From: an uncultured Bacteroidota bacterium
GTDB taxonomy: Bacteria > Bacteroidota > Bacteroidia > Bacteroidales > SZUA-534
Assembly (NCBI GenBank): GCA_946404125.1
Contig: CAMJCK010000016.1
Location: 2,040 to 66,039, forward strand
DNA: 64,000 nucleotides
Direction: 5' to 3'
Part shown: one piece after another, positions 53,355-63,128 of the stretch
How positions within the stretch are numbered: position 1 is the first letter of the stretch
Layout of the letters: the number at the start of each line of letters is the position of its first letter
The notes under the pieces: model-generated
Database searches by the model: none
What the model was told of the DNA's origin: nothing
What the model saw: the letters and a program-made list of their open reading frames with translations, nothing else
Program-made: the position numbers and the translations under genes

Positions 53355-55194
53355 AATTTTTGCAATAGCCGCCCTTGTTTTGGGCATCGCAACAGCGCAG
53401 GCTCAAGAGTCTCTGACCAATGTGCCGAAGACTTCTGCCAACCACCGGAATACCAGGCTGATGGAGACGGAATCGGCAACGCTGAAACTGCCGTTTATCG
53501 ACGATTTCAGCTACAATCAGGACACCCCCGACCAACAGCTCTGGACCGACCGCGGCGTGTGGATTAACAACACTTTCGGCATCAATCCCTACTCGGTGGG
53601 CGTGGCCACATTCGACGCCATCGACTCCGACGGCAGTCATTATCCGCAGGCATCGAGCCAGCCGTATATGGCTGACTGCCTCACTTCGCAGCCCATCGAC
53701 CTATCGGGAGCCGACAGCACCACAACCTACCTGAGTTTCTTCTACCAACCGCAGGGCAACGGCAACGCGCCCGAGGCCGCCGACTCGCTTGTGCTGCAAA
53801 TCACGTCGGGCGACGGCGTGTGGAACACCATCTGGGCCGCCAGCGGAACCGACTTCGGCACTTTCCGTGCCAACGTGCTGAAAACCAGTCCCGACCGGCC
53901 CGACACGCTTGAAATGGCCCTGGTGATGCTGCCAATAGCTAAAGCTGATTATTTCACCAATAAGTTCCAATTCCGGTTCTACAACTACGCCAGCCTTGCG
54001 GGCAGTTTCAACCCGTCGGCAACCATCAACTGCGACCATTGGAACATTGATTTTGTATATCTGAACGATGGTCGTTCGGCCTCTGACACAGTATTTTACG
54101 ACATTGCGCTTGTTGAGCCGGCGCCAACTGTGCTGAAAAATTTCACATCGGTGCCGTGGAGCCATTACGAGACGGCCATCAAGACCGAGAACACGCGCCT
54201 CAACATCCACCTGCGCAACCACTGGGAGCGCACAGTGAAGGCCGAGGTGCGCATCCGCATTAAAGACATTGACCGCGACATCTACCTAAACGACTCAATT
54301 ACAATGGGTACGGCCAATTACGATGCCCAATACAACACCAAGCTCGTGTTTGGCTACGACGACAACCCGATTGCGCACGACGACCGCAGCAACGTAACAT
54401 ATCTGTTTGAATGCGAGCTTTATACCGACAAAGACGAACTGATAAAAGGCAACAATATCAGCCGCACCTATCAGCATTTTGGCAACTACTACGCCTACGA
54501 CGACGGCACGGCCGAAAACGCCTACGGAGTTGACGCCAGCTCGGCGCAGGTGGCCTGCCTCTACAACATCTACCAACCCGACGCACTGCGCGGCCTGAGC
54601 ATCTGCTTCCTTCCGGCGAATCCGGTTGAGAGCGCCGCAAACACATTCAGCATCTGCGCGTGGGAAAACAGCAACGGCAAACCCGGCAAAATAATTGCAA
54701 ATAAAGATGTTATCCGTCCCGATTTTGGCAACGGGCAGAACCAGTTTATGACGTTCGAGTTCGACGAGCCAATCAGCGTGGACAAGAGCGTTTTTGTGGG
54801 CTGGCAGCAAACGTCGAGCCTGCGCCTCAACGTTGGTTGGGACGTTAACCGCTTCAGCCAGAGCAAGATATTCTACAATGTGAACGGCGAATGGCTGCCG
54901 ACAAGTTTCAGCGGCTCGCTGATGGTTCGCCCGATTTTTGGCACGGCAAGCACCAATATTGCTGATGCTGAACATGTTAGCAGCATTTCGGTTTACCCGA
55001 ATCCGGCCAACGACATACTGAACATTGCCAATGCCGACGGCAACTGCCGCATAACAATTTACGCGCCCACCGGTCAGGCTCTCATTCGCGAAAGCGGAAG
55101 CCAAATAAATGTATCGAACCTTCAATCAGGCATTTACATTGTTAAAATTGAAGCTGGCGGCCAGTCATCAACCCAAAAAATCGTAAAACAATGA
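53347..55194 (+). CDS. secreted protein with T9SS C-terminal sorting domain (N-terminal choice-of-anchor-J-like region suspected)
   Basis: Signal peptide 'MTKIFAIAALVLGIATAQAQ'. C-terminus 'ISVYPNPANDILNI...LQSGIYIVKIEAGG...KIVKQ'. Overlaps the PASTA gene by 8 nt and rluD by 4 nt. Confidence 0.75.
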   Translation: MTKIFAIAALVLGIATAQAQESLTNVPKTSANHRNTRLMETESATLKLPFIDDFSYNQDTPDQQLWTDRGVWINNTFGINPYSVGVATFDAIDSDGSHYPQASSQPYMADCLTSQPIDLSGADSTTTYLSFFYQPQGNGNAPEAADSLVLQITSGDGVWNTIWAASGTDFGTFRANVLKTSPDRPDTLEMALVMLPIAKADYFTNKFQFRFYNYASLAGSFNPSATINCDHWNIDFVYLNDGRSASDTVFYDIALVEPAPTVLKNFTSVPWSHYETAIKTENTRLNIHLRNHWERTVKAEVRIRIKDIDRDIYLNDSITMGTANYDAQYNTKLVFGYDDNPIAHDDRSNVTYLFECELYTDKDELIKGNNISRTYQHFGNYYAYDDGTAENAYGVDASSAQVACLYNIYQPDALRGLSICFLPANPVESAANTFSICAWENSNGKPGKIIANKDVIRPDFGNGQNQFMTFEFDEPISVDKSVFVGWQQTSSLRLNVGWDVNRFSQSKIFYNVNGEWLPTSFSGSLMVRPIFGTASTNIADAEHVSSISVYPNPANDILNIANADGNCRITIYAPTGQALIRESGSQINVSNLQSGIYIVKIEAGGQSSTQKIVKQ

Positions 55195-56258
55195 CCAACG
55201 AAGAGTTTGATGACTTTGACGGATTATATGATGCCGCTGACGAGCCCGAAATTGCCGGGCAACTCTACGAACACTTTCGTTTTGAGGTAGATAAGGGGCA
55301 GGGAATGCTGCGTATCGACAAGTTTCTGCAAAGCAAAATCGAGAACGCGTCGCGCACAAAAATCCAGGCTGCTGCCGATGCCAACTGCATTTTGGTGAAC
55401 GGCGTGCCGGTGAAATCAAACTATCGCGTCAAGCCCGACGATGTGATTCAGATTATGATGACGCACCCGCCGCGCGAAATTGAGATTGTGGCCGAAGACA
55501 TTCCGTTGAACATTGTGTATGAAGACGATAGCCTTGTTGTGGTGAACAAACCGGCTGGTATGGTGGTGCATCCGAGCTACGGACACTACACCGGAACGCT
55601 CATCAACGCATTGGCTTTCAAGTATAAAGACCTGCCCATTTTCAACAGCGGCGACGCGCGCCCCGGACTGGTTCACCGCATCGACAAAAACACATCGGGG
55701 CTGCTGGTTGTGGCAAAAACCGAAAAGGCTAAAGCTCACATTTCCAGACAGTTCTTCTATCACTCGTCGCACCGGCGCTATGTGGCTTTGGTTTGGGGCG
55801 ACCTGCGCGACGATGAGGGGACGATTGTGGGCAAGATAGGCCGCAATCTGCGCAACCGCCAGATTATGGACGTTTTCCCGCTCGACTCGCCAATTGGCAA
55901 ACACGCCGTGACGCATTACCGTGTGCTTGAGCGTTTTGGCTACGTTACGCTGGTTGAATGCCGGCTCGAAACCGGCCGCACGCACCAAATTCGCATCCAT
56001 ATGAAATTCATCGGGCACCCGCTTTTCAACGACCCCGAATACGGCGGACGCGAGATTCGCTGCGGCACAACGTTTGCCAAATACAGCCAGTTTGTCGAAA
56101 ACTGCTTCACGCTGCTTCCCGGTCAGGCGTTGCACGCCAAGGAGTTAGGTTTCGACCACCCCGTCACCGGCAAGCGGATGATGTTTGACTCGGAGCTGCC
56201 CGACAATTTCAAAACACTGATTGACCGTTGGCGAACTTACACAAACTCAAAGGATTAG
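55191..56258 (+). CDS. rluD: RluA-family 23S rRNA pseudouridine synthase (RluD-like, with S4 domain)
   Basis: S4-like N-terminus ('LRIDKFLQSKI...SRTKIQ'). Catalytic motif 'GLVHRIDKNTSGLLVVAK'. 'GRTHQIR'. Confidence 0.9.
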   Translation: MTNEEFDDFDGLYDAADEPEIAGQLYEHFRFEVDKGQGMLRIDKFLQSKIENASRTKIQAAADANCILVNGVPVKSNYRVKPDDVIQIMMTHPPREIEIVAEDIPLNIVYEDDSLVVVNKPAGMVVHPSYGHYTGTLINALAFKYKDLPIFNSGDARPGLVHRIDKNTSGLLVVAKTEKAKAHISRQFFYHSSHRRYVALVWGDLRDDEGTIVGKIGRNLRNRQIMDVFPLDSPIGKHAVTHYRVLERFGYVTLVECRLETGRTHQIRIHMKFIGHPLFNDPEYGGREIRCGTTFAKYSQFVENCFTLLPGQALHAKELGFDHPVTGKRMMFDSELPDNFKTLIDRWRTYTNSKD

Positions 56259-56260
56259 CA

Positions 56261-58228
56261 ATGCCTTGCGCCTTCAAACCCGAACTTTTGCTGCCTGTGG
56301 GCAACATTGAAAGCCTGTTTGCTGCGCTTGAAGGCGGAGCAGATGCCATCTATTTGGGACTGAAGGCTTTCAATGCCCGCGGACGCGCCGCCAATTTCAC
56401 AAACTCACAATTTGCGGCCATCTGCAAGCTTGCCACGCAAAAGCGTGTGAAAGTGTACGTTACGCTCAACACCGTCATAAAAAACAACGAACTCGCCGAT
56501 TTGCTCGACACGCTGCAATTCCTGTCGGAACAGCCCATTGCGGGCGTCATTATTCAGGATTGGGGCGTTTTCAGCCTGATGAGGCGCTATTTTCCGAAAC
56601 TTGTGGCGCACGCAAGCACGCAAATGGTCAACCACAATTCGGTTGGAGCGAATCACTGCCAACAGATTGGTTTTAAGCGCGTTGTACTTGCCCGCGAACT
56701 AACAGACAAAGAGTTGCAACTGATTCACCAACGCACCAATATCGAAACCGAAGTGTTTGTTCACGGCGCACTATGTTATTCGTTGTCAGGACTTTGCCTA
56801 TTCAGCAGCTATTTGGGCGGCGCTGGCGCCAACCGCGGACTCTGCACCCAGCCCTGCCGACGGTTCTACAATTGCCGCGGGCAAAAGCGCACATTCTTCA
56901 GTATGAAGGATAACCAACTGATTTCCAAAATTGAAGAACTTGCGCAAATGGGCGTTTCATCGTTGAAAGTTGAAGGCCGTCTGAAATCGGGTGAGTACGT
57001 CAACACAGTGGCGCAAGCCTACCGCAAAGCGATTGACGGTGAAGCTGTTATCGATGCGGTTGACGACCTTAGCCGCCCCAAAACGCAATGGTTTATGGGC
57101 AGTAGCATTGCCAATTCAATTGCCGACAACCCTAACACCGGCCTATTGATTGGCAAAGTAACTGATTGTCACGATGGTACAATCATTTTCACCACCAACA
57201 TTGAGTTGGCCAAAGGCAACCGCCTGCGCGTCCGCACCGATGCCGACACCGACCAAAACGCTTTTGTGCTCGATAATTTCCGTGTTGCGGATGGTCTTTG
57301 CACCGCAAAAGGCTTTCGTGGCAACGCCTCCGCCGGAACCGACATCTACCTTACCGCCTATCGCAGTCAAAAATTCGTAACAGAGCTGCCCACCGCCGGC
57401 CGCCAGGAAGTGAGAATGCCGCAAGCAATGAAGAAAAACATCATCGGCAGCATCCGCAAACAGCTTACAACCAAGCCAAAAGCCGCAACCATAGTGCGAA
57501 TTGACAATCTTGACTGGCTGCAATGCGCGGCACTGCAAAAGGCCGATGTTGTGGTTGTGTCGCTGCCGATGCTCAAATGGCAAAACCTATTGACAACAAA
57601 CAAGATAAGCGGGCCAATGCTGCAAAAAATATGGTTCGAGCTGCCGCCGTTTGTGAGCGAGACGCAAATTGAGCGCGTCAGAAAATTCTGCTCCGCATTG
57701 GTGCAAAAAGGACTTAACCGCTTTGTTTTGAGCCATTTGTCGCAATGCGAAATGCTGCCGCCACACAGCCGCTTTGCCACCAACGAGGCCATTTACGCCT
57801 ATAATGACGCGGCCGCCCTATGGCTGAAACAGCAAGGCGCCGAGTGGTTTTGCAGTCCGACCGAGAACGAGTACGAAAATCTGCTCACAGGAGCGTGCCG
57901 CGAGGCTGTGATTCCCGTCTATTTCCGTCCACGGCTGTTCACCTCGCGAATGCCCGTGAAACTGGCCGCCAACCAATTCACCGACGAGCGCAAAAACCAC
58001 TACATCCGCCACCGCCTGAACGGCCTGACCATTATCACTCCAGAGCAGCCCGTTTGCATCACGCAGTATGCCAACAAGTTGCGCGGCAAAAACTTCTATC
58101 GTTTCCTAATCGACCTCACTTTTGAACCAGCCGACAACAACCGCCTGGCCCGCTTGCTGAAGTTGCTCGCAACTTCGGAAGGCACTCAGGGAACATCGGC
58201 CTTCAACTTTAAGAAGGGGCTGAGATAG
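56261..58228 (+). CDS. U32-family peptidase-like protein (long RlhA/YdcP-like form)
   Basis: Start placed at 'MPCAFKPELLLPVGN'. U32 hallmarks 'GADAIYLG' and 'E.FVHGALCYS.SG.C..S'. About 655 aa. Confidence 0.8.
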   Translation: MPCAFKPELLLPVGNIESLFAALEGGADAIYLGLKAFNARGRAANFTNSQFAAICKLATQKRVKVYVTLNTVIKNNELADLLDTLQFLSEQPIAGVIIQDWGVFSLMRRYFPKLVAHASTQMVNHNSVGANHCQQIGFKRVVLARELTDKELQLIHQRTNIETEVFVHGALCYSLSGLCLFSSYLGGAGANRGLCTQPCRRFYNCRGQKRTFFSMKDNQLISKIEELAQMGVSSLKVEGRLKSGEYVNTVAQAYRKAIDGEAVIDAVDDLSRPKTQWFMGSSIANSIADNPNTGLLIGKVTDCHDGTIIFTTNIELAKGNRLRVRTDADTDQNAFVLDNFRVADGLCTAKGFRGNASAGTDIYLTAYRSQKFVTELPTAGRQEVRMPQAMKKNIIGSIRKQLTTKPKAATIVRIDNLDWLQCAALQKADVVVVSLPMLKWQNLLTTNKISGPMLQKIWFELPPFVSETQIERVRKFCSALVQKGLNRFVLSHLSQCEMLPPHSRFATNEAIYAYNDAAALWLKQQGAEWFCSPTENEYENLLTGACREAVIPVYFRPRLFTSRMPVKLAANQFTDERKNHYIRHRLNGLTIITPEQPVCITQYANKLRGKNFYRFLIDLTFEPADNNRLARLLKLLATSEGTQGTSAFNFKKGLR

Positions 58229-58232
58229 AGAC

Positions 58233-58282
58233 AATTAGGATTTAGAATTTAGGATTTAGGATTTAGAATTTTGAAGTTCGGA
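58233..58282 (+). repeat. AGGATTT/AGAATTT heptamer tandem repeat between convergent genes
   Basis: TAG at 58236, 58243, 58250, 58257 and 58264 (exact 7-nt lattice), then TGA at 58272. Begins 5 nt after the U32 stop. Confidence 0.85.
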
Positions 58283-58316
58283 ATATATCCTCAATCAAAT
58301 ACAAGATTTGCAAGCG

Positions 58317-60596
58317 TCATTCCGCAAACTTCACTCCCATCAGCAGCATATCGTCGGTTTGATGAGCCAACTCGCCGGTTTGCGGTGAAGTGCGCCATTG
58401 GTCGATGGCATTTTCGATGGCGGTTTTCTGTTGCGACAACGGCAGACTGCTATTGGCCAAAATCAGCTCCCGGAGACGTGGAGCGGTGAATTTCGCAGCA
58501 TCCTCATCGGCATTGAACTGGTCGGTGATACCATCGGTGTAGAGATAGACAATATCGTCAGTTTTAATGTCTATCAAATTGTTAGTGAATGGTTTATCAA
58601 CATTCATCTGTGTACCGATTGGCATACGGTCGGCTTCGTACTGAATAAGTTCCCCGCCACGCAGGAGCAGCAGCGGCCGGAACGCGCCGGCATACTGAAG
58701 GCACTTCGACTGCGTGTCGTAGACGCATAGGGCAATGTCCATACCGTCCTGATTGGTGTAGTCGTCGGCTTTTTGGCGCAGCGAATTGCGCATTTTCAGC
58801 CGCAGCGAGTTTAGCAGCCTTGCCGGCGAAACCTCGGGCGCGTGCATATTGGTGCTGGCCACAAGGTCGTTGAGCATCGATATTCCAAGAATGCTGAGCA
58901 GCGCGCCCGGAACGCCGTGTCCGGTGCAGTCGGCCACTGCCAGAGCCTTGTAACGGCCAATCTCCGTGGCCCAGTAAAAATCGCCGCTCACAATGTCGCG
59001 CGGACGGAACACCACAAAACTGTCGGTGAAAATCGATTTCAGAGTTTCGCCGTTAGGCATCGCAACATCCTGAATATGACGGGCATACCTTATGCTTGAA
59101 ATTATTTTGTGGTTGGCTTGGTTTATGAGCTGGTTCTGCTTAATCAGATTCTCTTGTGCACTGGCAAGTTGCTGATTTTTAGCGTCGAGCATTGAGTTTA
59201 TCCGTTTGCGCCGCTTTGTGTTGATGAAAAAGAACACCGCCAGCACCGACACCAGAACAATCACCACCAAATTGACTATGATTATGCGTTGCTGATTCAA
59301 CTCCTTGATTTTGTGCGCCAACTCGCGTTCCTGTTCCTCCAGCGCCCGCTGTTTGAGCTTGGCCGAATATTCAGTCTCGAACTTGGTTTGCGTCAGTTTG
59401 TATTGGTTGTTTCTAAAGTTTTCAGCAACCAGACCGTTGTATTTGCGCTCGGAGTAGCGGTAGGCCTCGGCATAGTTGCCCGTGGCCACGTAATAGTCAA
59501 TCCGAACCTGATAGAGCATCGGCAGATTCAACTCACCGTCGTCGTGCGAGAGCACTTCGGCCTCGGTTGCCTCAATGGTTGCCTTCGCCTTGGCGTACAT
59601 CTTTTTAAGTATCAGATACTTGATATAGCCAATTTGCAAATCGATGTACGCAAAATCGTAACCGAAATCCTCAACTATTTTCATTCCAATCTGATAGTAA
59701 TAGAGGCTCGAATCGAGCAGTTGCGCGCGCCGGCGGCTGTCGAGCTTGGCCTCGTAGTTGTAAACCTCGCTCAACTTGGGCAGTGAATTTAGCTGTCCGC
59801 TGAGATCATCGATTTTCACTGCCAAAGCATACGACTTGAGCAACAGCTGTTTAGCCGTTTGCAAAAGCACCATATTAGTATCTTTTTCGTGATTATGAAA
59901 CCGCTCGATAGCCGAAAATCCCAACCCCGAATAATCGTAAACCATACCGCGCCGGTTGCCCGTCTTCACGTTCAAATCGAGCGCGCGCCAGTAGTACTCG
60001 TCAGCATTATCGTAGGCCAGATTACCGACGTTCAAAAATCCCAGATACTCGCACACGCGGCTCATCCGCGCAGTATCGCCCAGACGCGAGAAAATATCGA
60101 AACTTTTCTGGAAGTATTCGTCGGCCAGAATGTAGTTTTCAACTGACATCAGCGTGGCGGCGTAATTCATATACGAAAAAGCCAAATCGCTTTCGCGACC
60201 GAGCGAGTCCCAAATCTGAATGGCCTCCCTCCTATAGTCCATCGATTGCGAAAAATCGAGTTTGCAGTGGCAGACCCAGCTCATATTATCGTTTCCCGAC
60301 GCCTCGAAATCAGCCATTTGCGACTGCCGTCCCAATTCAATCTCAAGCTGCGCGTACTTCTCAACCGTGTCAACGCTGGGGTGAATCCGGCAGATTTTAT
60401 CAATGGCTTTGAGACGCTCAACATTGTCGGACTGAGAGCGCGCCACCTGCAGAAGGCTGTCGGTATCTTGAGCCGAAAGGGTTGCTGATAGCGAAAGTAA
60501 AATAATCACTATCAACAATTTATCTATTTTTTTGATAGGTATCAATCTGTTGTGATTTTGGTCACTCAATTTGGCATTTTTTCGATACACTTGCAA
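58317..60596 (-). CDS. TPR-repeat sensor + TM + coiled-coil + SpoIIE/PP2C-family serine phosphatase
   Basis: N-terminal signal/anchor. TPR-like repeats. TM helix 'IIIVNLVVIVLVSVLAVFFFI'. Phosphatase motifs 'SGDFYW' and 'ADCTGHGVPGALLS'. Confidence 0.8.
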   Translation of the reverse strand: MQVYRKNAKLSDQNHNRLIPIKKIDKLLIVIILLSLSATLSAQDTDSLLQVARSQSDNVERLKAIDKICRIHPSVDTVEKYAQLEIELGRQSQMADFEASGNDNMSWVCHCKLDFSQSMDYRREAIQIWDSLGRESDLAFSYMNYAATLMSVENYILADEYFQKSFDIFSRLGDTARMSRVCEYLGFLNVGNLAYDNADEYYWRALDLNVKTGNRRGMVYDYSGLGFSAIERFHNHEKDTNMVLLQTAKQLLLKSYALAVKIDDLSGQLNSLPKLSEVYNYEAKLDSRRRAQLLDSSLYYYQIGMKIVEDFGYDFAYIDLQIGYIKYLILKKMYAKAKATIEATEAEVLSHDDGELNLPMLYQVRIDYYVATGNYAEAYRYSERKYNGLVAENFRNNQYKLTQTKFETEYSAKLKQRALEEQERELAHKIKELNQQRIIIVNLVVIVLVSVLAVFFFINTKRRKRINSMLDAKNQQLASAQENLIKQNQLINQANHKIISSIRYARHIQDVAMPNGETLKSIFTDSFVVFRPRDIVSGDFYWATEIGRYKALAVADCTGHGVPGALLSILGISMLNDLVASTNMHAPEVSPARLLNSLRLKMRNSLRQKADDYTNQDGMDIALCVYDTQSKCLQYAGAFRPLLLLRGGELIQYEADRMPIGTQMNVDKPFTNNLIDIKTDDIVYLYTDGITDQFNADEDAAKFTAPRLRELILANSSLPLSQQKTAIENAIDQWRTSPQTGELAHQTDDMLLMGVKFAE

Positions 60597-60640
60597 GTAT
60601 TGCGCATAAAAATTTATTTCGCAGTGAATGGCACTTATCT

Positions 60641-60648
60641 TACATTTG
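60641..60648 (+). promoter_or_regulatory. -7 box TACATTTG for the DPP-IV gene
   Basis: Exact TAnnTTTG match 18 nt upstream of the ATG at 60666. Confidence 0.5.
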
Positions 60649-60665
60649 CGAAAAAACCGAATGAT

Positions 60666-62789
60666 ATGAGAATATTGAGAACACCAATTGTTGCCGCCCT
60701 ATTGCTGACAACAATCACTGTTTCGGCGCAAAAGCCTCTGACACTTGAAAATACGGTTCCCGGAGGAAAAGAATTCCGCGAGCATTACAACAACGGCGCT
60801 CGGGGCGGATTTGCCGGACAGACCAACATTTTTGTCACCACCGACAACGATAACTACCACATCGGCCCGACCGTAATATCGCGGCAGCAGATTGGTAAAA
60901 TATTGGCTGACAACAACAAATCGCCGTTCGCCTACATTGCCGAATGGCAGGACACCGAAAACGTGTGGGCAGGTACTCCTGACGGTGTGAATTTGTATCG
61001 TATCAATCTAACCAACAATACGTTAACCGACTCACTGACAGACATCAACACCGATGCGGACCTGGACTTCGCTCCCAACTTCACTCACGTGGCATACAAC
61101 TGTGGTTCAAGTCTTTACGTGGCCAGCCGCAATGGTAGCCACAAGGTGAACACCGACTCGCTGCCGGGTGTGGTGTACGGAAAAGCGGTGCACCGCAACG
61201 AGTTCGGCATTGAAAAGGGCACGTTCTGGTCGGAAAGCGGGCGGCTGCTGGCGTTCTACCGAATGGACGAGAGTATGGTTGGCGAGTATCCGATTGTGGA
61301 CATCACCACGCGCGAGGCTACCACCGCGCCCATCCGCTACCCAATGGCCGGCGAGACAAGCCACGAGGTGCAAATCGGTATTTACAACACTGAAAACGAG
61401 AGCGTTATCTATCTTAAAACCGCTTCGCCAGTAAACCGTTATTTCACCAACATCGCCTGGTCGCCTGACGACAAGTTTCTGTTTGTAGCGGAGTTGAACC
61501 GCGAGCAGAACCACTTGTGGCTCAATCAGTACAGCGCTGCCGACGGCTCGCTTGTGAAGACGCTTTTCGAGGAGGAGAACCCCGAATGGGTTGAGCCGTG
61601 TATTCCACCGCTGTTTGTCAGCAACAGCCAGTTTGTGTGGGTGAGCGAGCGCGACGGTTTCAAACATCTCTATCTTTTCGACGTCAAGACATTGAAAACC
61701 AAACAAATCACTCGCGGCAACTGGTGCGTGACCGACCTCTACGGCTGCAATCGCGCAAGCGGCGACATATTTTTCCAGGCCAACGAGCAGGGCTACCTGA
61801 CGCGCGACATCTACAAAGTTTCGCCGAAAGGCAAAATGACACGGCTGAGCAGCGGCTACGGTGTCCACACGGCAAGGTTCAGCAAGGCGTGCGGCCGTTT
61901 TGTCGACGATTTTTCGGCACCCGACTACGCCATTCTGAGCACCTTGCGCAACGCTGCCGATGGCAAGGTCATCGACACTTTGAAAAGCGTCCGCAACACC
62001 TACGAGGGATATACGTTGCCAATAATTAAAACCGTCAGCCTGAAAAGCGCCGACGGCCGTTTCGACCTCTGCGGACGGCTCATTCTGCCGCCCGACTTCG
62101 ACTCCACAAAACGCTATCCTGTAATCGATTATATGTACGGCGGCCCGCATTCGCAACTCGTTGACGCAAGTTGGCTCTACGGCGCTGCAACGTGGAAATT
62201 GTACTTCGCGCAGCAGGGCTACATTGTCTTCACAATGGACAATCGTGGCACCGAAAGTCGCGGTACGGAGTACGAGCACTGCATCCACCGCCGGCTTGGC
62301 ACCTGCGAAATGGAGGACCAAATGGTGGGAATCAACTACTTACGTGGCTTGCCATACGTCGATACAGCGCGCATTGGCATTCACGGCTGGAGTTTTGGCG
62401 GATTTATGACCGTATCGATGATGGAAAACCACAACAACGTGTTCAAAGCGGGCGTGGCGGGCGGCCCGGTGTGCGACTGGAGCCTTTACGAGGTGATGTA
62501 CGGCGAGCGCTATATGGACACGCCACAGGATAATCCCGAAGGCTACGCGCGCAACTGCGTGGCCGACAGCATCGGCAACCTGCGCGGGCGGTTGCTTGTC
62601 ATTCACGGCGATATTGACCCCGTGGTGGTATGGCAGAACAGTCTGCAGCTGTTGCAGAACGCCGTCGAGGCGGATGTGCTGGTCGATTACGCCGTCTATC
62701 CGCAGCACGAGCACAACGTTATCGGCCACGACCGCGTGCACCTTTTCAAGCGGATTCTGCAGTATTTCGACGATTTTCTGAAGAATTGA
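60666..62789 (+). CDS. S9B-family dipeptidyl-peptidase IV-like serine peptidase
   Basis: Start placed at 'MRILRTPIVAALLLTTITVSAQ'. Nucleophile motif 'HGWSFGG'. C-terminal 'HGDIDPVV' and 'EHN' catalytic region. Confidence 0.85.
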   Translation: MRILRTPIVAALLLTTITVSAQKPLTLENTVPGGKEFREHYNNGARGGFAGQTNIFVTTDNDNYHIGPTVISRQQIGKILADNNKSPFAYIAEWQDTENVWAGTPDGVNLYRINLTNNTLTDSLTDINTDADLDFAPNFTHVAYNCGSSLYVASRNGSHKVNTDSLPGVVYGKAVHRNEFGIEKGTFWSESGRLLAFYRMDESMVGEYPIVDITTREATTAPIRYPMAGETSHEVQIGIYNTENESVIYLKTASPVNRYFTNIAWSPDDKFLFVAELNREQNHLWLNQYSAADGSLVKTLFEEENPEWVEPCIPPLFVSNSQFVWVSERDGFKHLYLFDVKTLKTKQITRGNWCVTDLYGCNRASGDIFFQANEQGYLTRDIYKVSPKGKMTRLSSGYGVHTARFSKACGRFVDDFSAPDYAILSTLRNAADGKVIDTLKSVRNTYEGYTLPIIKTVSLKSADGRFDLCGRLILPPDFDSTKRYPVIDYMYGGPHSQLVDASWLYGAATWKLYFAQQGYIVFTMDNRGTESRGTEYEHCIHRRLGTCEMEDQMVGINYLRGLPYVDTARIGIHGWSFGGFMTVSMMENHNNVFKAGVAGGPVCDWSLYEVMYGERYMDTPQDNPEGYARNCVADSIGNLRGRLLVIHGDIDPVVVWQNSLQLLQNAVEADVLVDYAVYPQHEHNVIGHDRVHLFKRILQYFDDFLKN

Positions 62790-62817
62790 TAACAACAACG
62801 CACCGCGCGTTATTTGC

Positions 62818-62875
62818 CAGTTAACGGGGTATTTTTTGAATTTTCTGCAAAAGTTACCCCTTTAACTGCTTTTTT
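62818..62875 (+). terminator. long-stem Rho-independent terminator after DPP-IV
   Basis: CAGTTAACGGGGTA / TACCCCTTTAACTG (13 of 14 positions pair), 23-nt loop, then CTTTTTT. Confidence 0.7.
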
Positions 62876-63128
62876 CTATGCAGACATAAAGGAATTATCG
62901 CACCACATTTTTCCACGCACCGATTTTTGCGGAATCGGAACAAACCGTTATTTGACAATTTCAGTTACAGCGTCTTACAAAACAAAATGGGTATTACAAC
63001 TGGACTTATAGTAAACAAGAAAGGACAGATTGTGAAGAAGTTTTATTGCCACTTCAGCAATGGCACGCCAATTATTAAAGCTGTTTTGCTTGAAGAAGCG
63101 GAGAAGTAGGTGAAATACAGGGTTTTCA

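Noticed and set aside
62927-63109. Small ORF (60 aa; or 40 aa from the internal Met at 62987, 'MGITTGLIVNKKGQIVKKFYCHFSNGTPIIKAVLLEEAEK') in the 360-bp gap between the DPP-IV terminator and recX.
   Set aside because: There is no TAnnTTTG box in front and no recognisable motif. It is short enough to arise by chance in AT-rich DNA. It ends at the GTAGAGACG palindrome, which is mildly suggestive, so it remains a low-probability small-protein candidate and is not a called feature.
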